Assembly: GCF_964355755.1 (NCBI RefSeq) | Contig: NC_092677.1 | Location: 13,290,101-13,354,100, forward strand | Source: Antedon mediterranea | Lineage: Eukaryota > Animalia > Echinodermata | DNA length: 64,000 nucleotides | Direction of reading: 5' to 3' | Shown here: positions 52,833 to 64,000 of the stretch, piece by piece | Position numbering within the stretch: the stretch's first letter is position 1 | Layout of the letters: every line of letters begins with the position of its first letter | The notes under the pieces: model-generated | What the model was told of the DNA's origin: nothing | The model's database searches: none | What the model saw: only the letters and a program-made list of their open reading frames with translations | Made by a program: the position numbers and the translations under genes

Positions 52833-55591
52833 ACTCAAAAATCCCCTGCCCTGTCCCTCTAGTAGTTTATAATACACCTACTATATCTATGGTTATTTTA
52901 GCATTTACTTTTGTGACCGATTTTATTCACATTGTTAATAATAACAATATGATAGGAGAGAATAAAAAATGTTCTTAAGTTTGCTACACAAAGATAAATT
53001 ACAAAAGTTGAGATAAAATTAATTTAAAAATATTTAAACTGTAACATTAATTTAATCATTTCAACTAACACACAATACAATGAAATTAATTAGTATAATC
53101 ATTTTTATAAAAACAACAGAAAATATGTAAAAGTTATTACTGTACTTAAAAAAAATGATAAAGCACTTATGAAGGCAACATAAAATGCATCAAGCTTTGA
53201 ATTAATCTTAATTGAAAAAAAAAAGGATTTAGCATTAAAAAGGCTTATTTTAAAATAGTTAAAACACAACTTGATACAAAACTTCCATCACTCACCCCTA
53301 CCCCTTCCCATACCTTAGCCTCCCCACCCCCTCCCCCAACCACTCAAATCTGTGTTTCGACCAGCAGCGAAAGTTATGGTAAACAGGCGTAGCATGATGA
53401 TTTTTTAGCTTTTGGGAATAAACAAACCAAGGGAGTCAACTATCATGAGTTCACATACGCTTTAAGACTGACGTGGCTATTAAACGCAAGTGGTAGCATT
53501 AAAATACCACAATTTTCACAATTTACAATACTGTACATTAAAAAAACATGAAGCCATTGGTAAATATCTTGAAATAAGGTCAAAATTATTAAAGCGTCGC
53601 TGGAGATATGATCAGTGGCGTTAAGTTAAGATGGGGTATGTAGCTGTCGTAGATAACATCAAGGATGTGGGAGTTAATGCCTATAGTTAACATGTAAAGG
53701 CATAGGCTATGCAAGACGTATGTCAGCATTACATTTAAAACCATATTAGAACTAGGCGAGGACATTGGAATTGGATGGCAAACATGTACAAAAGTACAGT
53801 CCACTACTGAATTTGTATATGCAAAATAAACACGGTTAAAACAAATATTTAAACAACATTAATTTGGAAAAGAAAATATATTCAGATATTGTAAATTTCA
53901 GATTTAAATATTATTTTTGAAAATGATTAACTGCGACTTAAACTATCATGCGAAGAGACAATAAACAAAAGGTATTGTTAAAGCAGTGTCAGCTTTCTCT
54001 CTGTTCATCTCATCCTACATCAATCAAGATATTATTACTATTTTGTAATAAAAAGAAATTAAACATCAATCCGAGATGTAGAATCACACCAATCAACTGA
54101 AATCAAGATAGATTTTATAATCTACGCAGGCACGTATACAATAGTAACAATTCTATAAGAGCTTAAGTATGGTGCCGCCAAGTCACTGTCTAGCGTCCCA
54201 GATTCTCACTTCGCGCCAATCTTCTGTTTGCTCTTCTTCTCAAATCATTCACTTTCGATGAAATTTGTTATCTATAATTTCAACGAGAGAAAAACCTACA
54301 AGAAAGTGGCTTGAGACAATGGTTTGAGATTGACGAGGTACGTCACACAGGGAATCATTGATGTTAGCATACCTGCCACAAGGTGAGGTGTGTCTCAGCG
54401 TGTATATCTCGCATCTTAACAGTCACTGTATGTGTGAAGCTTTGCTAACTTTGTCAGGCCTAACTAACCCCAAGGAATCAATCACAACAAAAACTACATT
54501 TAAACAAACTAACAGTCTGAAAAGTGACAGTTCTTTAGTAAATCAATAACGAATCAAAGAACTATATTTTGTATAACCATTTGTTCATCAGATTTATATG
54601 TATTTTGTAAACAAATTTAACAATAAATTGATGAATAAACGGCAGGTAAGTACTCCAATCTGAGAAGATAAATTATGTCAATGAATTAGTTTGATGCAGT
54701 TCTTAATATTGGTCAAGTAAAATGGCTTTACATGATTGAAGGTATCACTGTGTCTACACTGGGTCTTCACTCATGTCAGATTATGGCCCCATTTAGTCCT
54801 AGAAACAAGTAGAAAATGTCCAAGCTGAACAGATCACAGCATCACACTGGTCAGTTCAGATCAAACGATGATCTTCAAAATATTAATCATTTTTTGAAAG
54901 GAGACAGTTCACTTGCTATTCTTCTGGTATTGATAACTGTATGGAATTGCAAATTCACCATTGACTGACAGATTCTCCTAGTTATAAATTCTGTCTGGCT
55001 ATAATACATGACACGCCGCGTCTCAATGTTGTCTCATGTAAAAATACATATTTCTGATATCTGTGTATGTCCGTCCAACATTGCTTCAAATTATCAGGCA
55101 TTAACCTCTAGATTCATAAAATAATCTGAATGTTTGATTTAGCTGGGGGAATGCGAGTTGAGATAAATTTCCTCTTGTTGGCCATAAAAGTTTGATTTCA
55201 ATCATTGGATTCAACTTGTTCTGGCCATAAGTTGTCAAAGTTTATTGCGATATATTGTAGATTAATGTTCAGCATCAGTGCTATTTATTAGTACAATAAT
55301 ATCAAGCATCGCTAAGAATTGTTTAATTAAAGATTCTTTTGATTGTACTCTATAATATTGACAGATTTTAAGTTTGCAATTTTATATTGTTTCTATCTAT
55401 TCTGTCCATTCCACATTTACTCATCTGGGACACTTATCAAAAGCATGTATCATAAGGGCCTCTACAATATTTATGATATATGAAAAGAAAATGTAACAAA
55501 ACTATTAATATCATAAAAGCATAGTAAACAAGGTTAGTATTTAGACAGATAATTTAAAGTCATTTTACTAATTTCTTTTAAAAGTAACTAA

Positions 55592-56580
55592 GGGCCTGTT
55601 CAGACCTACGGAGTTATGCTTTCGTATTGTACGCGGCGTACAAGTCCATAGGTCTGAACCAGGAAAAGATTAGTGGAAGCCACCTCGTACGACACTGATA
55701 TTTCGTACGCTACGAAAGCTCAAGGTATGAGTTTAGTGGACGTCGCTTACAATACGAAAGTCACGCATCGATGAATATGACCTAGGTTAGATATCTAGCC
55801 AATCAAATTACAATATTCGCCACATCACATCGTGACATGTGCTCCTCATCGTAAAGCCAAGCTGATCCATTTGTTGTGAAGGGTGAACGTGCGAAAAAAT
55901 CATACCTTTTGTTGTTACACTATACAGTATTATTATTAATATTATTATATTAATTAATTTAAAATGTCATCGAAGCGTGCGCATTGGTGAGAAACCGAAG
56001 TAAAATACCTTATTTCATTGTGGGGAGCCCTGAGTTCAGAGATCGGTTGGAAGTGAAAAACTGGCGTAAAAGCACCGGCAACAAGATGTCTGTGTTCAAC
56101 GAGATGGCGGACACGTTAGCAGATGGGCCATCATCATAAAGAAGGATTTAATATCCAAACGAAATTGAAGGGGTCGTCGTATAAAGCGGCGAAAGACCGA
56201 GTAAATAAATCTGGAGCCGGTGCAAGTACAGGATTCGAACATTTTTCTGCCATAAATGATATTTTAGGTCATAGACCAAATATAAAGCCAAACCCCAAAA
56301 CGATCGGCTGGTTGGTATGCCTGACAACCAATCGATAATGCCGAGCCCAAGTGTTCGGTCTAGGCCTGTAACTCCTAAACCAACCACTACTACTTTTAAT
56401 AACAACGAAGGTAGGTCTATGCGTGCGTTAGAGTTTGGTTAATCGCCAGCGAGTGACATCATATCCGTTTGTAACGCAACTTCGTTGCAATGAATCTGAA
56501 CACTTTGCTCTTACGACGCTCATTAAAATATGACCTTGGCTGTGATACGAAAGCATAACTCCGTAGGTCTGAACATACCC
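55592..56580 (+). mobile_element. Non-autonomous PIF/Harbinger transposon, family A (989 bp)
   Basis: 36-bp TIRs GGG(CC/TA)TGTTCAGACCTACGGAGTTATGCTTTCGTAT (2 mismatches), TAA on both sides (55589-55591, 56581-56583), internal Myb/SANT-like gene relic. Confidence 0.92.
55964..56410 (+). pseudogene. Decayed Myb/SANT-like (trihelix, Myb_DNA-bind_4-type) gene of the Harbinger element
   Basis: Read across a stop and frameshifts: MSSKRAHW*ETEVKYLISLW / GSPEFRDRLEVKNWRKSTGNKMSVFNEMADTLAD / MGHHHKEGFNIQTKLKGSSYKAAKDRVNKSGAGASTGFEHFSAINDILGHRPNIKP, then an S/P/T-rich linker ending at a GAAG|GTAGGT donor-like site (56411). Confidence 0.8.
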
Positions 56581-57372
56581 TAAAGATAATACAGAAAGTT
56601 TATATTAATAGGTAAGGGACATTCTATAGTCTGGGTCAGGCTATTAAAACAAACAATTGATTTCATAGGTTTCTTATTATTGTAATACAATATATCACTG
56701 CAATATTGCTGTAATTTTTTTTGTGAAAAAAGCTTATACTAGTAAACTTAAGATTCCAGAACTTAATTTACCATCAGGGCAACACATCATTTCACTCACA
56801 TTACATAAGATCAAGAGTTACATAACAACCCCGTTGCCATACATATCAAGTTTTAAAATTGCCATTGACATCATGTAATTCATTCAAATTCAAAGAACAA
56901 GATATACAATTACATTAGGAACAAATTGTAGCCTTAAATCAAGTTATAAAATACAAGATTTAATGGTTTTTTTTCCTCAACATAAAATGTACCTTTTACA
57001 TGTTCACCAACTGTTTGTAAACTCTTATGTTATGAATCAAAAGACTTGAGGTACTATGTACATAGCAGCAAAGCTTTTATTTATTTTTCCCTTTATAACC
57101 ATCAATCAATTTGTTATTCAATTGTTGGAAAACAACATTTATATAAATTTTATTGATAGAACTTTGAATTTAAACATACTGAGGGCAAAGGACGTGATTG
57201 GTGGTATGTTAGATAAACTGAGGAACATCCCATACCTCTAAATATAATCTAAAGGATAACTACAATTATACTACCTGTATAACTAACACTAAATTCATTT
57301 GATTGTTGGTCACATTGTGTTAGATAGACGGCTTTGCCTCGTGAAAATATAATCTTTCACCTCATGAAATTA

Positions 57373-57735
57373 TTTCATTTCATTTCATTTCATTATTTAT
57401 TTGGTCTATTTAAGTATATACAAAACAAAAAAAATGAAATTGGGGAGACCAGGGTAAACCTAAGTGAACTTAATCACTGTAGCTGAGCCGGTTGACCCAA
57501 CCCCAAAGTTAGTTTACACATAAAAGACGTAAAGACAAAATACAGTTACAGCGAATCAAAATGAATATGAACTTTTCTAATGAAGGCTGATGGGCTTTCT
57601 AGGACTGTAGCATCTGTCAACGGTCTGGGAAGCTGGTCCCAGACACGGGGTAACCTGATTGCTATAAAATGGGAAAAAACACGTGTCCTTGGTGCTTGAT
57701 GTCTGAAGCACAAGCGATCATTGTGACGAGTATTT
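57373..57735 (-). mobile_element. 5'-truncated CR1/L2-group LINE 3' end, copy 2
   Basis: Minus-strand NTRHNDRLCFRHQAPRTRVFSHFIAIRLPRVWDQLPRPLTDATVLESPSAFIRKVHIHFDSL*, then a 3' UTR and a (TGAAA)4 tail. Confidence 0.82.
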
Positions 57736-59974
57736 ATTAAAATACAGTTATGAACTGTGCTGCAGTCCAGAAACCCCACCAGAACAAAATATAATAAGAA
57801 ATTTATCTCTTCTAACAGACAAAGATGAAACTGTATATCATTTCTATTGTAATAATTGTTTGTAATTAGGTTGTCCAATTTATATCTCCCTATAAAAAAG
57901 TTCATCTCTCAACATCTTAGCTAACCACTTTAACAAAATCAGTTGCAGCTTTATCCAATCAAAATGTCCCAAATAATGAGAATTTGTTAAGCAGTTCTCA
58001 AGGTTAGTGCTTACCCAATCATATGCATTGAATGCTTCAACACTTTTAACCAATCAGATTCGAGTAATAACTCTATATGTTGTATCCAGTACTATAATAC
58101 TACCAGCACATTTTCACTACCATCAAACATTTTCTCATTATAAACATTCTTACTAATGAGTATTGTTAATAAAATTAATTATTTTAACTAATCCCATTCC
58201 TTTAAATGAACAGTTTATGGTGTTTTATTATAACACTAACTAATAATAAATTAATACTTCAAAACTAGAACAGAATCTTAGATTCCCCCACTGATAACAA
58301 CATAATGGTGAATATGACCCATAAAACATCTAGTTCACACATCCTGACATTAAAATAGTCGTTCTTTTTAGGTGACCCAATATTTACCCCAAAAATTAGC
58401 AGTTGCCCTATTTAGAAAAAAAAACTGACATGCATTAAATTAGCATACATGTGTTGTAATCAATGATGTCATTACTGTTTAATCAATCATGATTTTTTTT
58501 GTAAAAAGAGTGCTTGAAATAATCTTTCATATATGGAATGACACTTTTAAATATTATAAGTGCTAATGATATTCAGGGATCTGTTATTAACATAGTTGTC
58601 CACCTGAAAATAAGTTATCACAAAAAATACCAGGACGATCGATAAACCTGACAAACAGCTTATTTTTAATATGTTCCTATCACAGTTTTAAAATCAAATT
58701 TGTGTGTTGTGGCTGTAAATGTACTGTATATAAATACAAGCTAAATATTACAATAAGGTTACATTGTTTTCAGTTTGGCCATGCCCATTAATAAGATGAA
58801 AAGTTATATTATTGTAATTTTATATATTTAATTAAAGATTATTTCTCTCTTTAAATGGTGTTATACTTTATAGGTAAAAGAAGAGTGTGATAGCATAATT
58901 CAATGCAAAATTACCTGTTGTCGAAAATGTATACGCGCTATTACAGAATGTTAACAAAACCATTGAATGACATGAAAATAGTAGCCATTACATTAGTAGA
59001 TATTACTTATTCTATGTATTATAAAAGGAGAATTATCTTCCTATAATTAACTCACAAATAAAGATTAGCACCTTTAACCACAATAAACCCCTGACTTTTG
59101 TTAGGTTATCTATATAAACAGCACTGCAAATCACCATCAAAAAGAGATAATAATAATAAGCAATTTATGAATAAAAAAAAACATCCCCATAACAATTAAG
59201 TCAGCTAGGGATATGTCAGAAAAGCCATCAATTGGATGATGAAGAACAAGAACAAAGGACGATCTTAGAAGAAGAAGACTATCGTCACCAAACATAGCCA
59301 AAGATAACACCATTGCAACAACACTAGTCTGATTGATTGTCACGACCGTGGTTCTTATTACTATTCAGAATGTCAATCAATCAAGATTTAATGACAGACA
59401 TTATAATGCGATCATAAGAAAGCCTGGAAATATGAGTTGGCTTGGTTGTCTACGGTCCTGAGGGAAAAGACGAGTGAATTTCAACTGTCAATAATGAGAA
59501 TTAAATATAGGCTGCTTTATGATGAATGTAAAGATGAGCTGGGTGATGTGACAAAAGTTAGATGGGAGACATCTTATATTTTCTTCTTCTCATGATGTTA
59601 AAACCGTCCGTCTAAAAACTAACTTTGGTTATAACTTCAAAGAAAATTTGTTTTGTATTTTATAAGAAAAGTTTAATGTTACATTCTGAGAGACAGACTA
59701 GTTTGCTAATAATTGGAAAAAAAATGTTAACAAAAATAAAAATTTAGTAATCTATTACTTTTGTTATTGATTAAAAAAGTTCAATATAAACAATAGAGAG
59801 TAATAGTTTATAGATGGATAGATTGATTACTGATGAGCTTCAAATATTATTGAGTATTACTATTGAAAAGTGTGGAATTTGTGTTATAATATTCTTCTGA
59901 ATAGGGTATCAAATTATTGAATTTACTTGGATGCAAGGTGGCACTGAACCTACTGAAACACACGTCCAGATAAC

Positions 59975-60276
59975 AAGCAATGTGGCCGAGCTGTAAGGCA
60001 GGGGAGCAACAAACTTTAATCATATAATTGGCTCAACTACTTGACAATATCGTAGTTTTGGTTGTATAAGCAGTCTTCTAGGATAACAAGGACTTAAAAC
60101 TGGAGGTCCAGCTTGTGCACACGTTAAAGAACCGGGAAAGAACCTAGTGCATCTTTCAGAAGAGTAGGGGGTTACCTTGGTGTACTGGGTCATTCCCTGT
60201 CGTTCTAGGTAGACCTGGTACTAATGGTTAACATGGGTCCGTTAAGACCTAATCCAATCTACATTACTACTATTAT
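59975..60276 (+). mobile_element. tRNA-derived SINE with a Deu/Nin-like core
   Basis: A-box-like TGGCCGAGCTGTAAGGCA; core GTCTTCTAGGATAA..GGACTTAAAACTGGAGGTCCAG..CACGTTAAAGAACC..TCTTTCAGAAGAGTAGGGGGTTACCTTGGTGTACTGG resembles the DeuSINE/Nin central domain; short TAC/TAT tail; B box decayed. Confidence 0.72.
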
Positions 60277-61154
60277 GCCAAAACCAATGTTTCGACTTAA
60301 GTTATCATTTAAAGTTGTTTAATTTTAGAGGGAATTACTATCACAAACTATTTTGAATTATACCTTTTTGAATTATTAATAACCAAACAATACATGTCAA
60401 GTCATTTAAACTTTACTACCTACTGTAGATTTTTTTTTTAACAATAGTTCGAAAGCCTAAACGATGATGTAATAAGTGATATCATAATTGACTCAAAAAT
60501 AAGAACATGATATAATTCATATTATACTATATTAATAGGTAAATACCATTGATTAGTAGAATATATAATATACAAGAGGTTGAATATCCCATCTGCTTGG
60601 CTGTATTTCAAAAGTCATCTTGTGTGTGTACGGCGCGAGAAGAAAACACATCTAAAGGTTATCAATCACCCATCCTAGTTGTTGACATGTGCGATGATAA
60701 TTCACTTCATTTCATAACTCATTGGATCTTTTAATGATCGTCGTTCGTCATTCAGGTGAAATATACAATTCCCCATATGACGACTTGTCAACGTGGACAC
60801 ACAGGCACCTACTCTCCCCAATCAATCATTTCAACATCATTTAAAATACTCCTCTCTCTCTTTTTTCATCATTTTTTTTTTTCTCAAACCATTAATTAAT
60901 AATTTTGAAAATTGTAAACTATCACATTGAAAGGATGAGTAAGATGAGGGGAACAGAAGGTTTTGAAAATGAAAGGAATGAATTTTTTTTAAATTGACTA
61001 GATATTATAAATACTCTCAATATTACATTATTAGTTGTGAATATGAAAAACCGGTATTTCTCAGTTTAGTTATCTATCCAAGTTTGATAACCTACAGGTT
61101 TGAATAAAAAAAAATCAATATTCAAATCAAAGCTACTTGATATCAGAGAGTTGT

Positions 61155-61603
61155 TATAAGCCAAAGGCTAGACGGCATAATCCTGACTGGAAGGTGATTC
61201 CAACAGGAGAGGGAACCAACAAGATGGTGGCCGCAAATCTGTTCAAAGATATTATTTAACCTATAAAACAATAATCTAATATAACAAATTACGACCAAAT
61301 AAAAACAGTAAAGTTTTTATAATTTAAATATATTGTTAATCACAATGGTATAAATAATTTCTGGGTAATTTCTAGCAATTTTTGTATACGAGGATAATAT
61401 AGAATATGGTGCGTGCGTATATCAAAGGGAGAATGTAAAGACTGCTTCTCACGCCAATACGCCCAACACAGTCATAGTAGTGCATGACTGCGTAGGGGGC
61501 ATATCAAATGGTTGTTACAGCCGCCATCTTGTTGCTTCCCCTTCATGAACAATCATTCATCACTGCAATAACATTGGAGTTGACGTTCTAGCCTCCGGCT
61601 ATA
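61155..61603. mobile_element. Non-autonomous DNA transposon with two nested inverted repeats
   Basis: Outer pair TATAAGCCAAAGGCTAGACGGCA / TGACGTTCTAGCCTCCGGCTATA; inner pair GGGAACCAACAAGATGGTGGC / GCCGCCATCTTGTTGCTTCCC (19/21). Confidence 0.72.
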
Positions 61604-61837
61604 AAATCTTTGGGAAATTTTTAACTATTCATGTAATGTTATTATGCATGTGACCTCTATGAAAAGGTTAGATTAAAACAGATCAAAGACTTTACTGGTT
61701 CATGTATAATACAGTAGGAAAGAATACTAAAAAACTGACCACGATCATTTCTTGGTCTACAGTCCACACAGAACAACATTGTAAAAAATAAAAATGTATG
61801 AACAACTATGAACAGAGATTACTAATCTACTCTTTAA

Positions 61838-62735
61838 CCTTTCACTGCGCAGCACTAGTCCCACCTATGTGTGTAATATTTAATGTACAAAAAGTATTTT
61901 AAAAATCCCACCAATAAAACTGAATTCAAATTTCACAGAGGGCGCCATGTACCGTACATACACAAGTCAAAAGTTGTTTGTGAGAACCAAAATAAAAAGC
62001 TATAAAATAGCTTACAGAATTGGCAAAAGAAAAAAAGAAAACTATATCCATAACAAACATGATTACATTTAAAACTCGCATAGATGGTAAATGGTAAACA
62101 TATGACCAAAGAAAAAGTCTTGGTCAAAGTCATAGAAAACACACACAAAAAAAAAAAAAAAAGAAAAAGCGTCTCGGCCACATAGTTGTGGAAAACATAT
62201 GAGCAAAGCAAAAATGAGAAAGAAGGAGATCGGAGAGAAACAATATTTACTGTTCTTTTTACAAAAATATATATATCTATCATTTTTCGCTTACCTGAAA
62301 AAACCGACATTAGCCCTTTTCTCCATAGTGAGAGAACAATATGTATATGAATGCCCCTACCTGAAAATGGTACTGTCCACAACTGGGGCCTTTAGTGGAA
62401 ACAAACAATATTCCACTGTCATTTCTTTTTGCCGACCATGTTTTATAAACAAAGTGGTTGTTTGATGTTGTCTCAGTCTCCATTGAGACTTGATAATCTT
62501 GCTCAAATTGTATTGTTCCCTTACTCCGGAGAGAATGGCTAAAATCAGTTTAGATACGAAATAGATTGAAAAGGTCTTAACGAAAAAAATATTTCCATTC
62601 AAATTGTTCACTAATAATATTAAGAAAAAAGTGTTAATGTTATTGTAAGCTAGGCACAAAACAGTCTTAAAGTTCTTTTTAAAAAGTATTTTGCCTCATA
62701 GAGTTCTAAATTCAAATAAATCAATTGGGTCACAT
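61838..62735 (-). pseudogene. Possible highly decayed piggyBac (PGBD)-like transposase relic
   Basis: Ordered minus-strand peptide fragments DPIDLFEF, KTFS..KLILAIL, NLSKI, KEMTVEYCLFP/TKG..QY, HYGEK and VFHNYVAETLF resemble PGBD motifs; TTAA-CCTTTCACTGC terminus-like site at 61834-61848. Many frameshifts; matched by eye only. Confidence 0.38.
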
Positions 62736-63170
62736 AGAAGAAAACAATCAAAGTCTGTATCATTCTTTAATAAAGAATTATTTAGACGTTGCAGAAGATG
62801 ATATTTCTTTAATATATAATAATTGTCAAATGGTTATCTAATGGTCAAAATATGACAGTGATCAATTTGTCCATTTATCTTTGTCCATTTAATGTTGGCT
62901 ATATAAATGAAAGTTCAAGCATATAAATAATAAGAAAAAATAACAGAATTATTTCTTATATCTTTCATAAATCTATAAAAAGACAGATCAACATAAATGC
63001 ATAATGAGTTTTTCAACCACAAAACAATTGTGGAAAATTACTAAAAATCAACTTTAAAAAAAGAACACAATCAACTTTTGAACAAGAGTGTGTTTGATTT
63101 TCAAAGATATTACATTTTTCTACATAATGTTCTGTTCAATGTTGTTATATTGTACAAGTTCTATCTAATA

Positions 63171-63265
63171 GATGTGCCCAAATATGGTAGTGATATGACA
63201 TCATCATTATATTTGGGCACATAACATTGTTTCGTCACATAAAGTTTGATAGTGTAGACAGAGCT
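63171..63265 (-). mobile_element. MITE family B, copy 4 (partial)
   Basis: TGCCCAAATATGGTAGTGATATGACATCATC ... AAAGTTTGATAGTGTAGACAGAGCT is the reverse complement of the family B left part. Confidence 0.8.
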
Positions 63266-63268
63266 TAG

Positions 63269-63605
63269 GGGTCTGTTCAGACCTACAGAGTTATGCTTTT
63301 GTATCACACACAGCGTACAACTCCATAGGACTGAACCAGGAAAAGATTAGTGGAAGCCACCTCTTACTACTCATGATCTTTTGTTTGTTACGACAGCCTA
63401 GGTACAAGATTAGTGTACAAAGCTTATGATACAAAAGTTATGCATCATTGATTTTGATCTCAAACCAATCAAATTTTCTCTTACAACCCGAATGTTTGGC
63501 CCAATCTGTTTCGCTTTTTTTGTAAATCGAGTCTAAACACTTTGCAGTTATATGACGCTAATTATAATGTGACTTTGCTTGAGATACAAAAGCATAACTC
63601 GATAG
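63269..63605 (+). mobile_element. MITE-sized deletion derivative of Harbinger family A
   Basis: GGGTCTGTTCAGACCTACAGAGTTATGCTTTTGTATC left TIR; CTGAACCAGGAAAAGATTAGTGGAAGCCACCTC identical to the 989-bp copy; right TIR GATACAAAAGCATAACTC truncated; Myb region absent. Confidence 0.85.
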
Positions 63606-64000
63606 AGGAGAATGAATTTATCGTCCACCACCACTAGTTCCACAAACCCCATCTGCACACCTCATCATTTTCATTGATTGTTATATGTACATTTTTTCTG
63701 GGAAATAGTCTTACATATTGTTGATCTCAATCACTTATTTCCATAATTCATTTAGTAAAACTAATTATGATAATGATTTTGGGGTAAATTGTCCATTATG
63801 TTTACGACTCTGGAAAAATGATTTGCTTGAAAAGATCACTAACATACTTTTTATATTTTCATAAGTTATTAAAATTAACAATATATGGTAATTTGGTGTA
63901 AAATGTTGTTTAAGTTTATGATTATGTTTTCCCCTGCCTGTCTTTATTGATGCCTGTTTATCTACTCGCCTACCAGTCTCTGTCACAGTCTGTTGGTCAA

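Noticed and set aside
59111-59320. TATA box followed by purine-rich, coding-looking sequence
   Set aside because: All plus-strand frames close within about 30 codons, and TATATAAA is common at this AT content.
61936-61950. CTCF-like site CAGAGGGCGCCA (weaker ones near 2792 and 59932)
   Set aside because: Partial motif matches only; not distinguishable from chance without PWM scoring or ChIP data.

Overview
AT-rich (roughly 70% A+T by eye) eukaryotic DNA that looks like a marine invertebrate, probably a deuterostome or echinoderm (inference from Deu/Nin-type SINEs and frequent AGGCCTA words). I could not recognise an intact host protein-coding gene or exon, so the window reads as a gene desert or a very large intron. 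It is full of transposon relics: a 989-bp PIF/Harbinger element (36-bp TIRs, TAA TSD) that still carries a decayed Myb/SANT-like gene, two shorter relatives of it, several MITE families (Harbinger-like, pogo/Tc1-like, TTAA-flanked), a 5S rRNA-derived SINE, tRNA-derived SINEs (two with a Deu/Nin-like core), two 3' ends of one CR1/L2-group LINE, a mini HINE-like element and a possible fossil piggyBac transposase. There are three large tandem arrays: a 28-bp array grown inside a MITE, a 21-bp array that gives a 321-codon heptad ORF, and a 17-bp array organised as a 34-bp higher-order dimer. A recurring theme is minisatellites arising inside MITEs (three cases, in two MITE families). All assignments were made by eye with no database search. 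I found no convincing novel protein system.
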